A stretch of 64,000 nucleotides of DNA, from NCBI GenBank assembly GCA_947177755.1, contig CAMWVV010000001.1, positions 1,592 through 65,591 on the forward strand, in the 5' to 3' direction. A program made the translations under genes and the position numbers. The stretch comes from an uncultured Ruminococcus sp. GTDB lineage: Bacteria; Bacillota; Clostridia; Oscillospirales; Ruminococcaceae. Every line of letters begins with the position of its first letter. Within the stretch, counting starts at the first letter, position 1. The notes beneath the pieces were generated by a model. That model saw only the letters and a program-made list of their open reading frames with translations, had not been told where the DNA came from and did no database searches. Shown here one piece after another: positions 1 to 10,504 of this stretch.

Positions 1-293
1 AGTTCTATAAGACTGGAAATTCTGCCTTTCATAATTATTTCACCGCTGTCGGGGTACATTATTTTAGTCAGCAGTTTAAGGGTTGTACTTTTTCCGCAGC
101 CGTTATGTCCAATAAGTCCGACCGCCTCGCCCTTTTTCACCTGAAAGCTTATTCCCTTTAAAACTTCTCTTTCTTCATAACGGTTTCTTTTGCGGAACAG
201 AAGTCTTTCCTTGAGCTGTGAACCCTTGTCCATATAAATTTTAAATTTTTTTGTTATGTTTTTTACGTCTATGACTGTTTCATTCTTTGTCAT
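1..293 (-). CDS. wzt: Polysaccharide/teichoic acid ABC transporter ATP-binding subunit (Wzt-like), partial, runs off the window start
   Basis: Manual translation from the ATG at 293-291 (overlapping the wzm stop, TAATG) gives MTKNETVIDVKNITKKFKIY...GLIGHNGCGKSTTLKLL, with a Walker A motif; directly follows wzm. Confidence 0.85.
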   Translation of the reverse strand, partial: MTKNETVIDVKNITKKFKIYMDKGSQLKERLLFRKRNRYEEREVLKGISFQVKKGEAVGLIGHNGCGKSTTLKLLTKIMYPDSGEIIMKGRISSLIE

Positions 294-1069
294 TATAGTT
301 CCTCCGCAAAGTGACGCTGTAGTTTAAGGAAAAGAAAATGCCCTGCCACAAGAAATACAGTTCCCAGTATGAACGACGAAAGAAGTCCCGAAAGCTGCGG
401 AACGGTCTTATAATAAAGAACGTCCCTGTAACAGCCGATAATATGCGTCATCGGATTGAGATTGAATAACGGCAGAAGTCTTTCAGGAACTATTGATTTA
501 TCATACATAATTGGTGTCATATACATCCATGCCATTGTCACTATACCCAAAATATGTTCCAAATCCCTGAAATAAACCGTAACGGCAGAAGCAATGAGTG
601 CCGTACCGAGAGCAAGCATATATTCAACAATCATTATCACGGGCAGACAAAGCACCGCAAGCGGATTGATTCCCTCTCCCGAAAAAATAATAACAATAAA
701 CACGACTATAAAACTTAACAGCATATTCACAAAACTGCTTGTAACGTATGAAATCGGTATAACCTGTCTTGGAAAATATATTTTTTTCACAAGGTCTTTC
801 TGTGCGACTATCGAGGCAGAACCTCCCGTTAATGATGCTGAAAAGAAAATCCACGGAATCAGTGCGACAAAAAGATAGAGATAATATCTTTCTATATCGG
901 TACGCAGTATAAGACTGAAAACAACAGTATATACAACAAGCTGTAACAGGGGGTTTATAAAAGTCCACATAAATCCCAGAACAGAGCCTTTATATCTGCC
1001 ACGGAGGTCTTTTTTTACAAGACTGAAAATCATCTGTCTGTAATCATATATTTCTTTCAGTGTTTTCAT
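293..1069 (-). CDS. wzm: ABC-2 polysaccharide export permease (Wzm-like)
   Basis: DLRGRYKGSVLGFMWTFINPLL and YFRDLEHI...TPIMY...NPM motifs; about 6 hydrophobic segments. Confidence 0.9.
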   Translation of the reverse strand: MKTLKEIYDYRQMIFSLVKKDLRGRYKGSVLGFMWTFINPLLQLVVYTVVFSLILRTDIERYYLYLFVALIPWIFFSASLTGGSASIVAQKDLVKKIYFPRQVIPISYVTSSFVNMLLSFIVVFIVIIFSGEGINPLAVLCLPVIMIVEYMLALGTALIASAVTVYFRDLEHILGIVTMAWMYMTPIMYDKSIVPERLLPLFNLNPMTHIIGCYRDVLYYKTVPQLSGLLSSFILGTVFLVAGHFLFLKLQRHFAEEL

Positions 1070-1237
1070 TTGAATCTCCTTGAAAACTTATTATTATCAA
1101 TTATTATATCATGCTGTGTCAATATCTGTCAATCATAACTTTTTACATACTGTATTTATTTTCCTGTAAATAACTTGATTTTATTCATTAAATATGTTAT
1201 AATACCAATAGTATTTTTTATATAAAGGAGAAAAAAG

Positions 1238-2119
1238 ATGAAAAAAATATTTGCAGTCATTAAAAATCTCAAGCCGTTAAATATGGCTATGCTTACCGTT
1301 GCAGGAATCATTACCGCTTTCGGAATAACGCTTTTTCTTATGCCTGTCAAACTTTATGACAGCGGTATTACGGGAACTTCAATGCTACTTTCGCAGTTCA
1401 CTCCCGAATGGCTTTCGCTTTCAGTATGTCTTATTCTGCTTAACGTTCCTATTTTTATCTACGGACTTAAAAAACAGGGTGCAAGTTTTACATTCTGTGC
1501 GATTTATACAGTTCTGGTGTATTCAATATCTTCATGGCTTATTACAGATGTTCTGCCGATTGATGTCAGCACAGCTTCACCGCTTGCCGAAACTGATTTG
1601 CTTTTATGTGCATTGTTCGGCGGTGTTATCTGCGGTATAGGGAGCGGTGTTGCAATACGTTTTGGCGGTGCAATGGACGGCATAGAGGTACTGGCGATTA
1701 TATTTTCAAAAAAACTCGGAATGTCGGTAGGCAGTTTTGCAATGATATATAATATATTATTGTACGTGACCTGTGGTATTTTAATAAAAAGCTGGATTCT
1801 TCCGCTTTATTCAATTGTTACATATGTGGCAGCCATGAAAACGATTGACTATATAGTTGACGGTTTACAGCGTTCAAAGGCTGCAATGATAGTTACTTCC
1901 CGACCAGACGAAATATGTCAGGAGCTTATGGAAGAGTTCGGGTGCGGAATAACTCTCATTGACGCAAAGGGCGGTTTTTCAGGTGCAGACAGAAAGGTAT
2001 TATATTTTGTAGTGAACAGATTTCAGGTCATGAAAATGAAGAATATCGTCCGTAAGTCTGACCCTTTAGCATATATAACGCTTACAGAAGTTGCAGATAT
2101 TTTTTCAGCAGGTTCATGA
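1238..2119 (+). CDS. YitT family membrane protein
   Basis: LYDSGITG, GGAMDG motifs and C-terminal DUF2179-like GITLIDAKGGFSG...D segment. Confidence 0.85.
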   Translation: MKKIFAVIKNLKPLNMAMLTVAGIITAFGITLFLMPVKLYDSGITGTSMLLSQFTPEWLSLSVCLILLNVPIFIYGLKKQGASFTFCAIYTVLVYSISSWLITDVLPIDVSTASPLAETDLLLCALFGGVICGIGSGVAIRFGGAMDGIEVLAIIFSKKLGMSVGSFAMIYNILLYVTCGILIKSWILPLYSIVTYVAAMKTIDYIVDGLQRSKAAMIVTSRPDEICQELMEEFGCGITLIDAKGGFSGADRKVLYFVVNRFQVMKMKNIVRKSDPLAYITLTEVADIFSAGS

Positions 2120-2131
2120 ATCAGTCAGAAT

Positions 2132-2166
2132 AAAAGGGACGGTTTTCAGCCGTCCCTGTTTTTTCT
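2132..2166. terminator. Bidirectional intrinsic terminator between convergent genes
   Basis: AGGGACGG/CCGTCCCT stem with an A run before and a T run after. Confidence 0.75.
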
Positions 2167-3654
2167 TTCATGTCTGATTATCAATTTTTTTATAAGACCT
2201 AAAATAAATCCTGCTATAAATTCAAAACCGCCTGTTACAAGCATGAACATACTGAAATTTGTCAGAAGTTTTGAACTGAGATAGAAAACTATATGACTTG
2301 TCTGACTATAGATGACAGGCGGAACAATTACAGCTGTAAGTCCGACTGCAAGGCAGACTATTCCGCTTGTCGTGAAAATACTTTTGTAGAATCCTGTTAG
2401 ATACCGTCCACGCTTGTCCACTATAACGGCAGTCCATATCATTAATACAAGAACCAGGGCAAGAAGAATCCCGAGAGTTATGAACGAGAAAATATAGCTC
2501 ATGATTCCGAAGTCAAAGCCTGTTTCATTTTTCCATTCGTCAACCGAAAGTGCCTTATCTGTATTACCGTTGCCAATGTTATAAATCATTGATGAAAAGT
2601 CATTACGATTGAGATTATTATAACCCGACCTGTTAAACATATATTCGGCTATTTCTTCACTTGTAAGTGTGGGTTTTTTTCCGCCGTTAAGTATGTAATC
2701 GGCGTATACAGAGGCGTTTTCTCCTATATAGTCGGTTACATTGAGATTAAGGACGAAATTTCTGAAATCATTTTCATTGCCGTGTCTGCTTGTGATGTTA
2801 TAGAAATCTGTCTGTTCATAAAGATATTCATTTACATCACGGTTACTGTCATATTCGGCTTCAAGTACTTTTTCCATATCAAGACTTTTTATGCCTTTTT
2901 CAATGACTGTTCCCGAAAATCCGAGTTTTATACAGAAAAGAATACTCAGGACAATAAGAAGAATAACAGCAAAAAATGTGACAATACCCGCACCGAAAAG
3001 TCTCAGTCCGCCTACTTTTACGGGTCTGTATTCCTGTAAAATCGGCGGTGGTTCGGGATAAGGCTGGTTCCCGACATATTCGGGAAAGTCTTCTGGCGGA
3101 ATATCATACGGAGGGGGGAAAGGCTCTCTGTAATCGTCGTCGTAATTATCATACGTCGGAATATATTGTGTATTCAGATTATCGTCATATGGTTCGGAAA
3201 AATCCTCCTGAATGTTTTCGTCATATTCTTCAGTATGTTTTTTCAGAACTATTTTCGGAAGATTTTCTTTGTGTTCCGCATTATTGTATTCGTCAATTTT
3301 TTTCTGAATCTGTTCAACGTTTTCGGTTACAGGCGCAGAAATTATTTCGCTTACAGTTTCAATGTCAGCAGGTTCTTCCTGTTTTATTTCCTGAGAAGAT
3401 TCGGTAACAGGGTTATTTTCCTCAGAAAATTCCGTCTGCTGATTATTTTCGGGCATATAAAGGGAATCTGATATATCAGAATCTTTGTCTGTTGAAATTT
3501 TTTTGTCGGTTTGCGTATCGGACTTTTTGACAAGAGATATTATGCCCGTATCTGAAGAAATACTGTTTATAGCAATACGTTGTATTTTTGCACCGCATTC
3601 AGAACAGAAAAGAGAATCGTCGTCAATTTGTCTGCCGCATGAATTACAAAACAT
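2146..3654 (-). CDS. Zinc-ribbon domain membrane protein of unknown function
   Basis: N-terminal MFCNSCG...FCSECG zinc ribbon, acidic/Pro-rich region, one central TM and three C-terminal TM segments. Confidence 0.75.
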   Translation of the reverse strand: MFCNSCGRQIDDDSLFCSECGAKIQRIAINSISSDTGIISLVKKSDTQTDKKISTDKDSDISDSLYMPENNQQTEFSEENNPVTESSQEIKQEEPADIETVSEIISAPVTENVEQIQKKIDEYNNAEHKENLPKIVLKKHTEEYDENIQEDFSEPYDDNLNTQYIPTYDNYDDDYREPFPPPYDIPPEDFPEYVGNQPYPEPPPILQEYRPVKVGGLRLFGAGIVTFFAVILLIVLSILFCIKLGFSGTVIEKGIKSLDMEKVLEAEYDSNRDVNEYLYEQTDFYNITSRHGNENDFRNFVLNLNVTDYIGENASVYADYILNGGKKPTLTSEEIAEYMFNRSGYNNLNRNDFSSMIYNIGNGNTDKALSVDEWKNETGFDFGIMSYIFSFITLGILLALVLVLMIWTAVIVDKRGRYLTGFYKSIFTTSGIVCLAVGLTAVIVPPVIYSQTSHIVFYLSSKLLTNFSMFMLVTGGFEFIAGFILGLIKKLIIRHERKNRDG

Positions 3655-3856
3655 AACAATTTTTCCTCCCGAATAGTTTTCAGATATTATTATTTATTAT
3701 ATAACATTAAGCTTTGTATGTCAATAATTTATTTAGGTTTATTTGCCGAAATCGTGTTATACGTGCTTTTCGGCATATATCAGAATAAAAAATGCACAAT
3801 TTCATATATCCGAAAAAAATTTTTTTATGGAATTTCGCTGAATATTCATGTTTTTA

Positions 3857-3885
3857 TTGATTTTGCGATAATAAAGTGATATTAT
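3857..3885 (+). promoter_or_regulatory. Sigma-A promoter with extended -10 for the ilvB leader
   Basis: TTGATT (3857-3862), 17 bp spacer, TG-n-TATTAT (3880-3885). Confidence 0.65.
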
Positions 3886-3918
3886 ATTAGTTAAAGAGTA
3901 TTCAGGGGGTTGAGCAAA

Positions 3919-4026
3919 ATGAACGCTGTTTTTATTTTTTCCGGTACAGTCATTATTATCGGCACAGTCCTTAGCGGCTTGTGTCTTAATTCATTCTGCC
4001 CGTTCACCGCTGAGTATCTCGCCTGA
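3919..4026 (+). CDS. Putative ilv leader peptide, 35 aa, MNAVFIFSGTVIIIGTVLSGLCLNSFCPFTAEYLA
   Basis: Manual translation; SD-like AGGGGGT about 9 nt upstream; 11 of 35 codons are Val/Ile/Leu including a V-I-I-I run; sits between the promoter and terminator ahead of ilvB. Confidence 0.65.
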   Translation: MNAVFIFSGTVIIIGTVLSGLCLNSFCPFTAEYLA

Positions 4027-4061
4027 TTTAATGTATTATTCAGAGCAATGAAGCTTAGTAG

Positions 4062-4095
4062 AGCCACCGGCAGAATGTCGGTGGCTTGTTTGTTA
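4062..4095 (+). terminator. Attenuator terminator upstream of ilvB
   Basis: AGCCACCG/CGGTGGCT stem followed by TGTTTGTT (imperfect U tract). Confidence 0.6.
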
Positions 4096-4139
4096 GTACA
4101 TAAAATCAGAAAAAATTTAATCATAAAGGACTTTTTAAT

Positions 4140-5816
4140 ATGAAAATATCAGGAGCAAAAATTGTTGTTGAAACCTTAATCGAACAGGGCTGCAATACTG
4201 TTTTCGGCTATCCGGGAGGACAGGTTATCAATCTGTTTGATGAACTGTACCTTTGCCGTGACCGTATAAAACACGTCCTCACAGCACATGAACAGGGAGC
4301 GTCTCATGCTGCCGACGGATATGCAAGAGCTACAGGAAAAGTAGGTGTAGTTATTGCCACTTCAGGTCCGGGTGCGACTAATCTCGTTACAGGAATAGCC
4401 ACGGCTTATCTTGACTCTGTTCCTATGGTTGCCATTACGGGAAACGTTCCGTGCAGTCTTATCGGACGTGACAGTTTTCAGGAAGTTGACATTGTAGGCG
4501 TGACCATGCCTGTAACAAAGCATAATTTTATTGTTAAAGACGTTTCTGAACTTGCCGACACTCTCCGAATGGCTTTCAAAATTGCAAAGTCGGGCAGACC
4601 CGGACCTGTTCTTGTTGATATTCCGAAAGACGTACAGATAGCAAAATGTGACTTCACACCCGAAAGTCAGCCTGTTGTGCCTTATCCTCTCAGTTTCGCA
4701 CCGGACGAAAAACTGAAAGAGGCAGCTGAACTTATCAACTCATGTGAAAGACCGTATATCTATTTTGGCGGTGGTATAATTGCAGGCAAGGCATCAGATG
4801 AACTTGTTGCACTCGCTGACAAGATTGATGCACCGCTGGGATGTTCTCTCATGGGACTTTCAGCAGTTCCGTCGGATAATCCGCATTTTCTCGGTATGCA
4901 GGGTATGCACGGTCACTATGCTTCTTCTGTTGCGGAAGACGAGGCTGATTTGGTCATTGCACTCGGTGCAAGATTCTCCGACAGAGCAACAGGTAATCTG
5001 AAACGTTTTGCAAAGAATTTCAGAATAGTTCATATAGATATTGACAGTGCGGAACTTGACAAGAATGTTTCTGCAAATCTTTCCGTACAGGGAGATATAA
5101 AGGACGCTCTCGAACGTCTTACGGCAATGGTTGAGGAAAAGAAACATGAAGCATGGTCTGCACGTATTGAGGAACTCAGGTCAGACGAAGCAAGGCGTAT
5201 AGAAAGTGCAAGGTCGGGCAGGGAACTTGACCCGTTCGCAATTGTTGACATTGTAAGTGAATATGAAGAAAATGCAAATATCGTTACTGATGTAGGACAG
5301 CACCAGATGTGGACTGCCCAAAGATACCCACTTAAAAAACCGAGAACGTTCCTTACAAGCGGTGGTCTTGGTACTATGGGCTTTGGTATGGGTGCGGCAA
5401 TCGGTGCGGCAGAGGCTACAGGCAGAAGAAGTATTCTCTTTACAGGTGACGGCAGTTTCGGCATGAATCTCAACGAACTCGCTACATCTGTTACACAGAA
5501 TACTCCCCTTACAGTAGTTATCATGAATAATGGTGTACTTGGCATGGTTCGTCAGTGGCAGACACTTTTCTTTGATAAGCACTATTCAAACACCACTCTT
5601 GACGGACGTAAGACCGATTTTGTAAAGCTTGCCGAAGCTTTCGGTGCAAAGGGTACAAGGGTTTTCACTAAGGACGAACTCAGAAACGCTGTTCAGGAAT
5701 CATTTGCATATAATGGTACTTTTATTATTGATTGTGCTGTTGACTGTGATGAATTTGTACTGCCTATGCTTCCCCCTGGTGGTTCAATCGACGATATTAT
5801 TACAGAAATAAAGTGA
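4140..5816 (+). CDS. ilvB: Acetolactate synthase large subunit
   Basis: FGYPGG, HEQGASHAADGYARATG, TSGPGATN, DVGQHQMW and TPP motif GDGSFGMN...NN. Confidence 0.97.
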   Translation: MKISGAKIVVETLIEQGCNTVFGYPGGQVINLFDELYLCRDRIKHVLTAHEQGASHAADGYARATGKVGVVIATSGPGATNLVTGIATAYLDSVPMVAITGNVPCSLIGRDSFQEVDIVGVTMPVTKHNFIVKDVSELADTLRMAFKIAKSGRPGPVLVDIPKDVQIAKCDFTPESQPVVPYPLSFAPDEKLKEAAELINSCERPYIYFGGGIIAGKASDELVALADKIDAPLGCSLMGLSAVPSDNPHFLGMQGMHGHYASSVAEDEADLVIALGARFSDRATGNLKRFAKNFRIVHIDIDSAELDKNVSANLSVQGDIKDALERLTAMVEEKKHEAWSARIEELRSDEARRIESARSGRELDPFAIVDIVSEYEENANIVTDVGQHQMWTAQRYPLKKPRTFLTSGGLGTMGFGMGAAIGAAEATGRRSILFTGDGSFGMNLNELATSVTQNTPLTVVIMNNGVLGMVRQWQTLFFDKHYSNTTLDGRKTDFVKLAEAFGAKGTRVFTKDELRNAVQESFAYNGTFIIDCAVDCDEFVLPMLPPGGSIDDIITEIK

Positions 5817-5826
5817 GGTGAGTGAA

Positions 5827-6330
5827 ATGGCTAAACAGTACATAATAGGTGTAATCGTTTCAAATCTTTCGGGTGTACTTTCAAGAGTTTCGGGAATGTT
5901 CACAAGAAGAAGCTTCAATATTGACAGTCTCACAGTAGGTGAAACCGAATCAAGTGAATTTTCACGTATTACCATTGCTTTTCACGGCGACGAGGAAGTA
6001 AAGGACCGTATAATCAGACAGCTTGACAAGCTTCATGATGTAAAGGAAGTTCAGGTGCTTGACAAGCATGAAACTGTTATCCGTGAACTTCTTCTTATAA
6101 AAATCAGAAACAAGCCTGAAACAAGACAGGATATTATGACAGCGGTTGAGATTTTCCGTTCAAAGATTGTTGACTATTATCCGTCGTCGCTTACAATAGA
6201 ACTTACAGGCGAAACGTCCAAGATAGACGCTTTTATTGAACTTGTAAAGCCTTATGGTATCATGGAAATGTGCCGTACTGGTATTGTCGCCGTTGAACGT
6301 GGCGAACGTTGTCTTAAGACTGTTAAATAA
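5827..6330 (+). CDS. ilvN: Acetolactate synthase regulatory subunit
   Basis: ACT domain GVLSRVSGMFTRRSFNIDSL; C-terminal EMCRTG; start moved to the ATG after GAGGTG. Confidence 0.95.
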   Translation: MAKQYIIGVIVSNLSGVLSRVSGMFTRRSFNIDSLTVGETESSEFSRITIAFHGDEEVKDRIIRQLDKLHDVKEVQVLDKHETVIRELLLIKIRNKPETRQDIMTAVEIFRSKIVDYYPSSLTIELTGETSKIDAFIELVKPYGIMEMCRTGIVAVERGERCLKTVK

Positions 6331-6391
6331 CAGTAAGATTATAATTGTCCGTCAGGACAGTATAATAAATTTATTAAAATTAAAGGAGTAA

Positions 6392-7432
<1,041 letters not shown>

Positions 7433-7505
7433 CAATTAGCAATTAGCAGTTGCTGATTGCTGATTTACAAACCGAAGATTTTCGGCTGTGAATCGGACTT
7501 TATTC

Positions 7506-7541
7506 GGGTGACGGTTCATAACAGTTCCGTCACCTGTTTTT
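7506..7541 (+). terminator. Intrinsic terminator after ilvC
   Basis: GGGTGACGG/CCGTCACCT stem followed by GTTTTT. Confidence 0.7.
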
Positions 7542-7566
7542 GTAATGAGATTATGGAGGACATATT

Positions 7567-8196
7567 ATGTCTGATTCTTATATAAGAAAATTTATGCCAA
7601 ACAGAAAGCATATTATTTCTTTTGCTTTTGTTATTATATCTATATTTCTTTTTTTGAGCGGTTTTTACAGAGCATATCGTATCAGCGGACGACATACAAT
7701 GATTGAATTTACTTTTGACTACGAAATTCATAAAAATGACAGTATACTTTTATCAGCAAAACCGTTTGAGGCGAGATTAAAAGGAGCGGAACATGAAAAT
7801 GTTGTATGTTTTCAGACATTATTAACAGGTATTATTACTGAATATGAATGTTTTATAGTTCATATTGCGGGAAAATATCGTCCTATCATGGTTAAAAAAG
7901 GTACAGCCGAATATGATAAAGTTTTCAAGGGTGAAGAAGTATCAGGATATTTCACTGAAAAGAATTTTGATTATTTTCCGGATTTTGTATTAAATATGCA
8001 TAATTACTATGAACTGGAAAATAAAATCACAGACAAGGATTATTCAAAGCTTGGAATAGTAATTGTTGACCGTCAAAAAGAATTATTAAGTTTTATGTGG
8101 GGAATACCTTTTCTTGTTATCGGACTTATATTATTTAAAATTGCAGGTTCGTTGTTTTTCTATGTACCTGAAATGACAGATGTGGTGAAGGAGTAA
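7567..8196 (+). CDS. Hypothetical membrane protein (accessory, AT-rich)
   Basis: 209 aa ORF with GGAGG SD and N- and C-terminal hydrophobic segments; family not recognised. Confidence 0.7.
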   Translation: MSDSYIRKFMPNRKHIISFAFVIISIFLFLSGFYRAYRISGRHTMIEFTFDYEIHKNDSILLSAKPFEARLKGAEHENVVCFQTLLTGIITEYECFIVHIAGKYRPIMVKKGTAEYDKVFKGEEVSGYFTEKNFDYFPDFVLNMHNYYELENKITDKDYSKLGIVIVDRQKELLSFMWGIPFLVIGLILFKIAGSLFFYVPEMTDVVKE

Positions 8197-8251
8197 CATG
8201 GTCTGCTTCGTGCGTGACGAACGAGGGTGCAATTCCCTCCATCTGTCGCCA
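8175..8251 (+). ncRNA. tRNA-like element (non-canonical or degenerate)
   Basis: GACAGATG/CATCTGTC 8-bp stem plus GCCA 3' end; GAGGG-TGCAATT-CCCTC T-arm; GTG-AAGGAGTAA-CAT D-arm; no sound anticodon arm. Confidence 0.55.
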
Positions 8252-8307
8252 TTTACTGTTATTCAGTAAATTATGATAAATAAATATTTAAAGCGAGGTA
8301 AAAAATT

Positions 8308-9972
8308 ATGAGTGAAAATTTTTTCTGTTCAGGAGTTGAAAAAGCTTCACAGCGTTCACTTTTCAACGCTCTCGGACATACTAAAGAGGAAATGAAACGT
8401 CCGCTTGTTGGTATTGTATCGTCGTATAATGAGATAGTCCCTGGACATATGAACATAGATAAAATTGTAGAAGCTGTAAAACTCGGTGTTGCAATGGGAG
8501 GCGGTACACCTGTTGTATTCCCTGCAATAGCAGTATGTGACGGTATCGCTATGGGTCATACAGGTATGAAGTACTCACTTGTTACCCGTGACCTTATTGC
8601 AGACTCTACCGAATGTATGGCACTTGCTCACCATTTTGACGCACTTGTTATGGTTCCTAACTGTGACAAGAACGTTCCAGGACTGCTTATGGCTGCTGCA
8701 CGTCTGAATGTTCCGACTATTTTCGTAAGCGGTGGACCTATGCTGGCAGGTCACGTAAAGGGCAAGAAAACAAGCCTTTCAAGTATGTTCGAAGCAGTAG
8801 GTGCGTATACGGCTGGCAAGATGTCACTTGAGGACGTTGAAGATTTTGAAAATCATGCCTGTCCGACGTGTGGCTCATGTTCTGGTATGTATACAGCAAA
8901 CTCAATGAACTGTCTTACCGAAGTTCTCGGCATGGGTCTTAAAGGCAACGGCACTATTCCTGCTGTTTATTCCGAGAGGATAAAGCTTGCTAAAATGGCA
9001 GGTATGCAGGTTATGGAACTCTACAGAAATAATATCCGTCCGCTTGACATCATGACGGAAAAAGCATTCATGAACGCCCTTACTGCCGACATGGCTTTAG
9101 GATGTTCAACAAACAGTATGTTGCATCTCCCTGCAATTGCAAACGAGTGCGGAATTGACATTAATCTTGACATTGCTAACGAAATCAGTGCGAAAACTCC
9201 TAACCTTTGTCATCTTGCACCAGCAGGTCATACATACATGGAGGACTTGAACGAAGCGGGCGGTGTTTACGCTGTACTGAACGAACTTGCAAAGAAAAAT
9301 CTTATCAATACGGACTGCATGACGTGTACGGGAAAGACTGTCGGTGAAAATATTGCAGGTTGTATCAATAAAGACCACGAAACAATCCGTCCGATTGACA
9401 ACCCGTACAGCGAAACAGGCGGAATTGCTGTTCTCCGTGGAAATCTTGCACCCGACAGATGTGTTGTAAAGAGAAGTGCGGTAGCTCCCGAAATGCTTGT
9501 ACACAAAGGACCTGCCCGTGTATTTGACAGCGAAGAAGAAGCTATCAATGTTATTTACGACGGCGGTATAAAAGCAGGCGACGTTGTAGTTATCCGTTAT
9601 GAAGGACCAGCAGGTGGTCCTGGTATGCGTGAGATGCTCTCACCCACTTCTGCAATTCAGGGAGCAGGTCTTGGCTCTACTGTTGCACTCATTACAGACG
9701 GACGTTTCAGCGGTGCAACCCGTGGTGCTGCTATCGGTCACATTTCTCCCGAAGCTGTAAACGGCGGTACTATTGCATATGTCAAGGACGGCGATATTAT
9801 TTCTATTGATATTCCGAACTACAGCATTAATCTTGAAGTTTCCGATGAAGAACTTGCAGAACGTAAAAAGACCATGACTATCAAGAAAAAGGAAAATATC
9901 ACTGGTTATCTGAAACGTTATGCTTCTATGGTTTCATCTGCTGACAAGGGTGCTATAATCAACAGGAAATAA
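8308..9972 (+). CDS. ilvD: Dihydroxy-acid dehydratase
   Basis: [45 protein letters not shown]. Confidence 0.97.
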   Translation: MSENFFCSGVEKASQRSLFNALGHTKEEMKRPLVGIVSSYNEIVPGHMNIDKIVEAVKLGVAMGGGTPVVFPAIAVCDGIAMGHTGMKYSLVTRDLIADSTECMALAHHFDALVMVPNCDKNVPGLLMAAARLNVPTIFVSGGPMLAGHVKGKKTSLSSMFEAVGAYTAGKMSLEDVEDFENHACPTCGSCSGMYTANSMNCLTEVLGMGLKGNGTIPAVYSERIKLAKMAGMQVMELYRNNIRPLDIMTEKAFMNALTADMALGCSTNSMLHLPAIANECGIDINLDIANEISAKTPNLCHLAPAGHTYMEDLNEAGGVYAVLNELAKKNLINTDCMTCTGKTVGENIAGCINKDHETIRPIDNPYSETGGIAVLRGNLAPDRCVVKRSAVAPEMLVHKGPARVFDSEEEAINVIYDGGIKAGDVVVIRYEGPAGGPGMREMLSPTSAIQGAGLGSTVALITDGRFSGATRGAAIGHISPEAVNGGTIAYVKDGDIISIDIPNYSINLEVSDEELAERKKTMTIKKKENITGYLKRYASMVSSADKGAIINRK

Positions 9973-9976
9973 AAAT

Positions 9977-10468
9977 ATGAAAGACAAAGAACATTTGCCA
10001 GTATATGGCGTAGGACCGATTATTGTGCTTCCGCAGACAGTATTAACGGCAGTTGGAATCATTATGTCATTGTGCGGAGTTCTAGATTACGGAAAAATAG
10101 ATATTCTTAAAATACCGTTTCTTATTATCGGGATAATACTTATTGTTTTCGGTGCTTATATGTGGTATAGTGCAAATTATAAATCAAAGGTTTTTGACAA
10201 TATAGTTGAAAACAGACTTGTGACTTCAGGAATATATTCAGTTGTTCGGAATCCTATTTACAGTTCGGTTCTGCTGGAATGTACAGGAGCAGTTTTCATT
10301 GCTGGTAATGTGTTTTTGTTTATGATACCGTTTGTCTGCTGGATTTATATGACTGTATTTCTGAAACATACAGAGGAAAAATGGCTTAAAAACCTTTATG
10401 GTCAGGAATATATTGATTACTGCAAGAATGTAAACCGTTGTATACCGTGGTTTCCAAAAAAAAGATAA
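9977..10468 (+). CDS. Isoprenylcysteine carboxylmethyltransferase/PEMT family membrane protein
   Basis: LVTSGIYSVVRNPIY and EEKWLKNLYGQEY..YC..V.R.IP motifs. Confidence 0.85.
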   Translation: MKDKEHLPVYGVGPIIVLPQTVLTAVGIIMSLCGVLDYGKIDILKIPFLIIGIILIVFGAYMWYSANYKSKVFDNIVENRLVTSGIYSVVRNPIYSSVLLECTGAVFIAGNVFLFMIPFVCWIYMTVFLKHTEEKWLKNLYGQEYIDYCKNVNRCIPWFPKKR

Positions 10469-10504
10469 TATTATGTTTATACAAAAATGTTTTCTTACTG
10501 GTAA

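Noticed and set aside
3891-4124. 77-aa minus-strand ORF in the ORF track
   Set aside because: It is antisense to the ilvB promoter and leader and has no convincing protein features; the plus-strand leader explains the region
3890-4139. T-box riboswitch upstream of ilvB
   Set aside because: No GGTGGnACC T-box antiterminator motif or specifier stem is visible
8223-8239. Cobalamin or FMN riboswitch (GGTGCAATTCC resembles their T-loop hairpins)
   Set aside because: The flanking conserved segments (AGGGAA/GCCACTG or AGGGC/ACCGG) are absent, and the 8-bp closing stem with CCA fits a tRNA-like fold better
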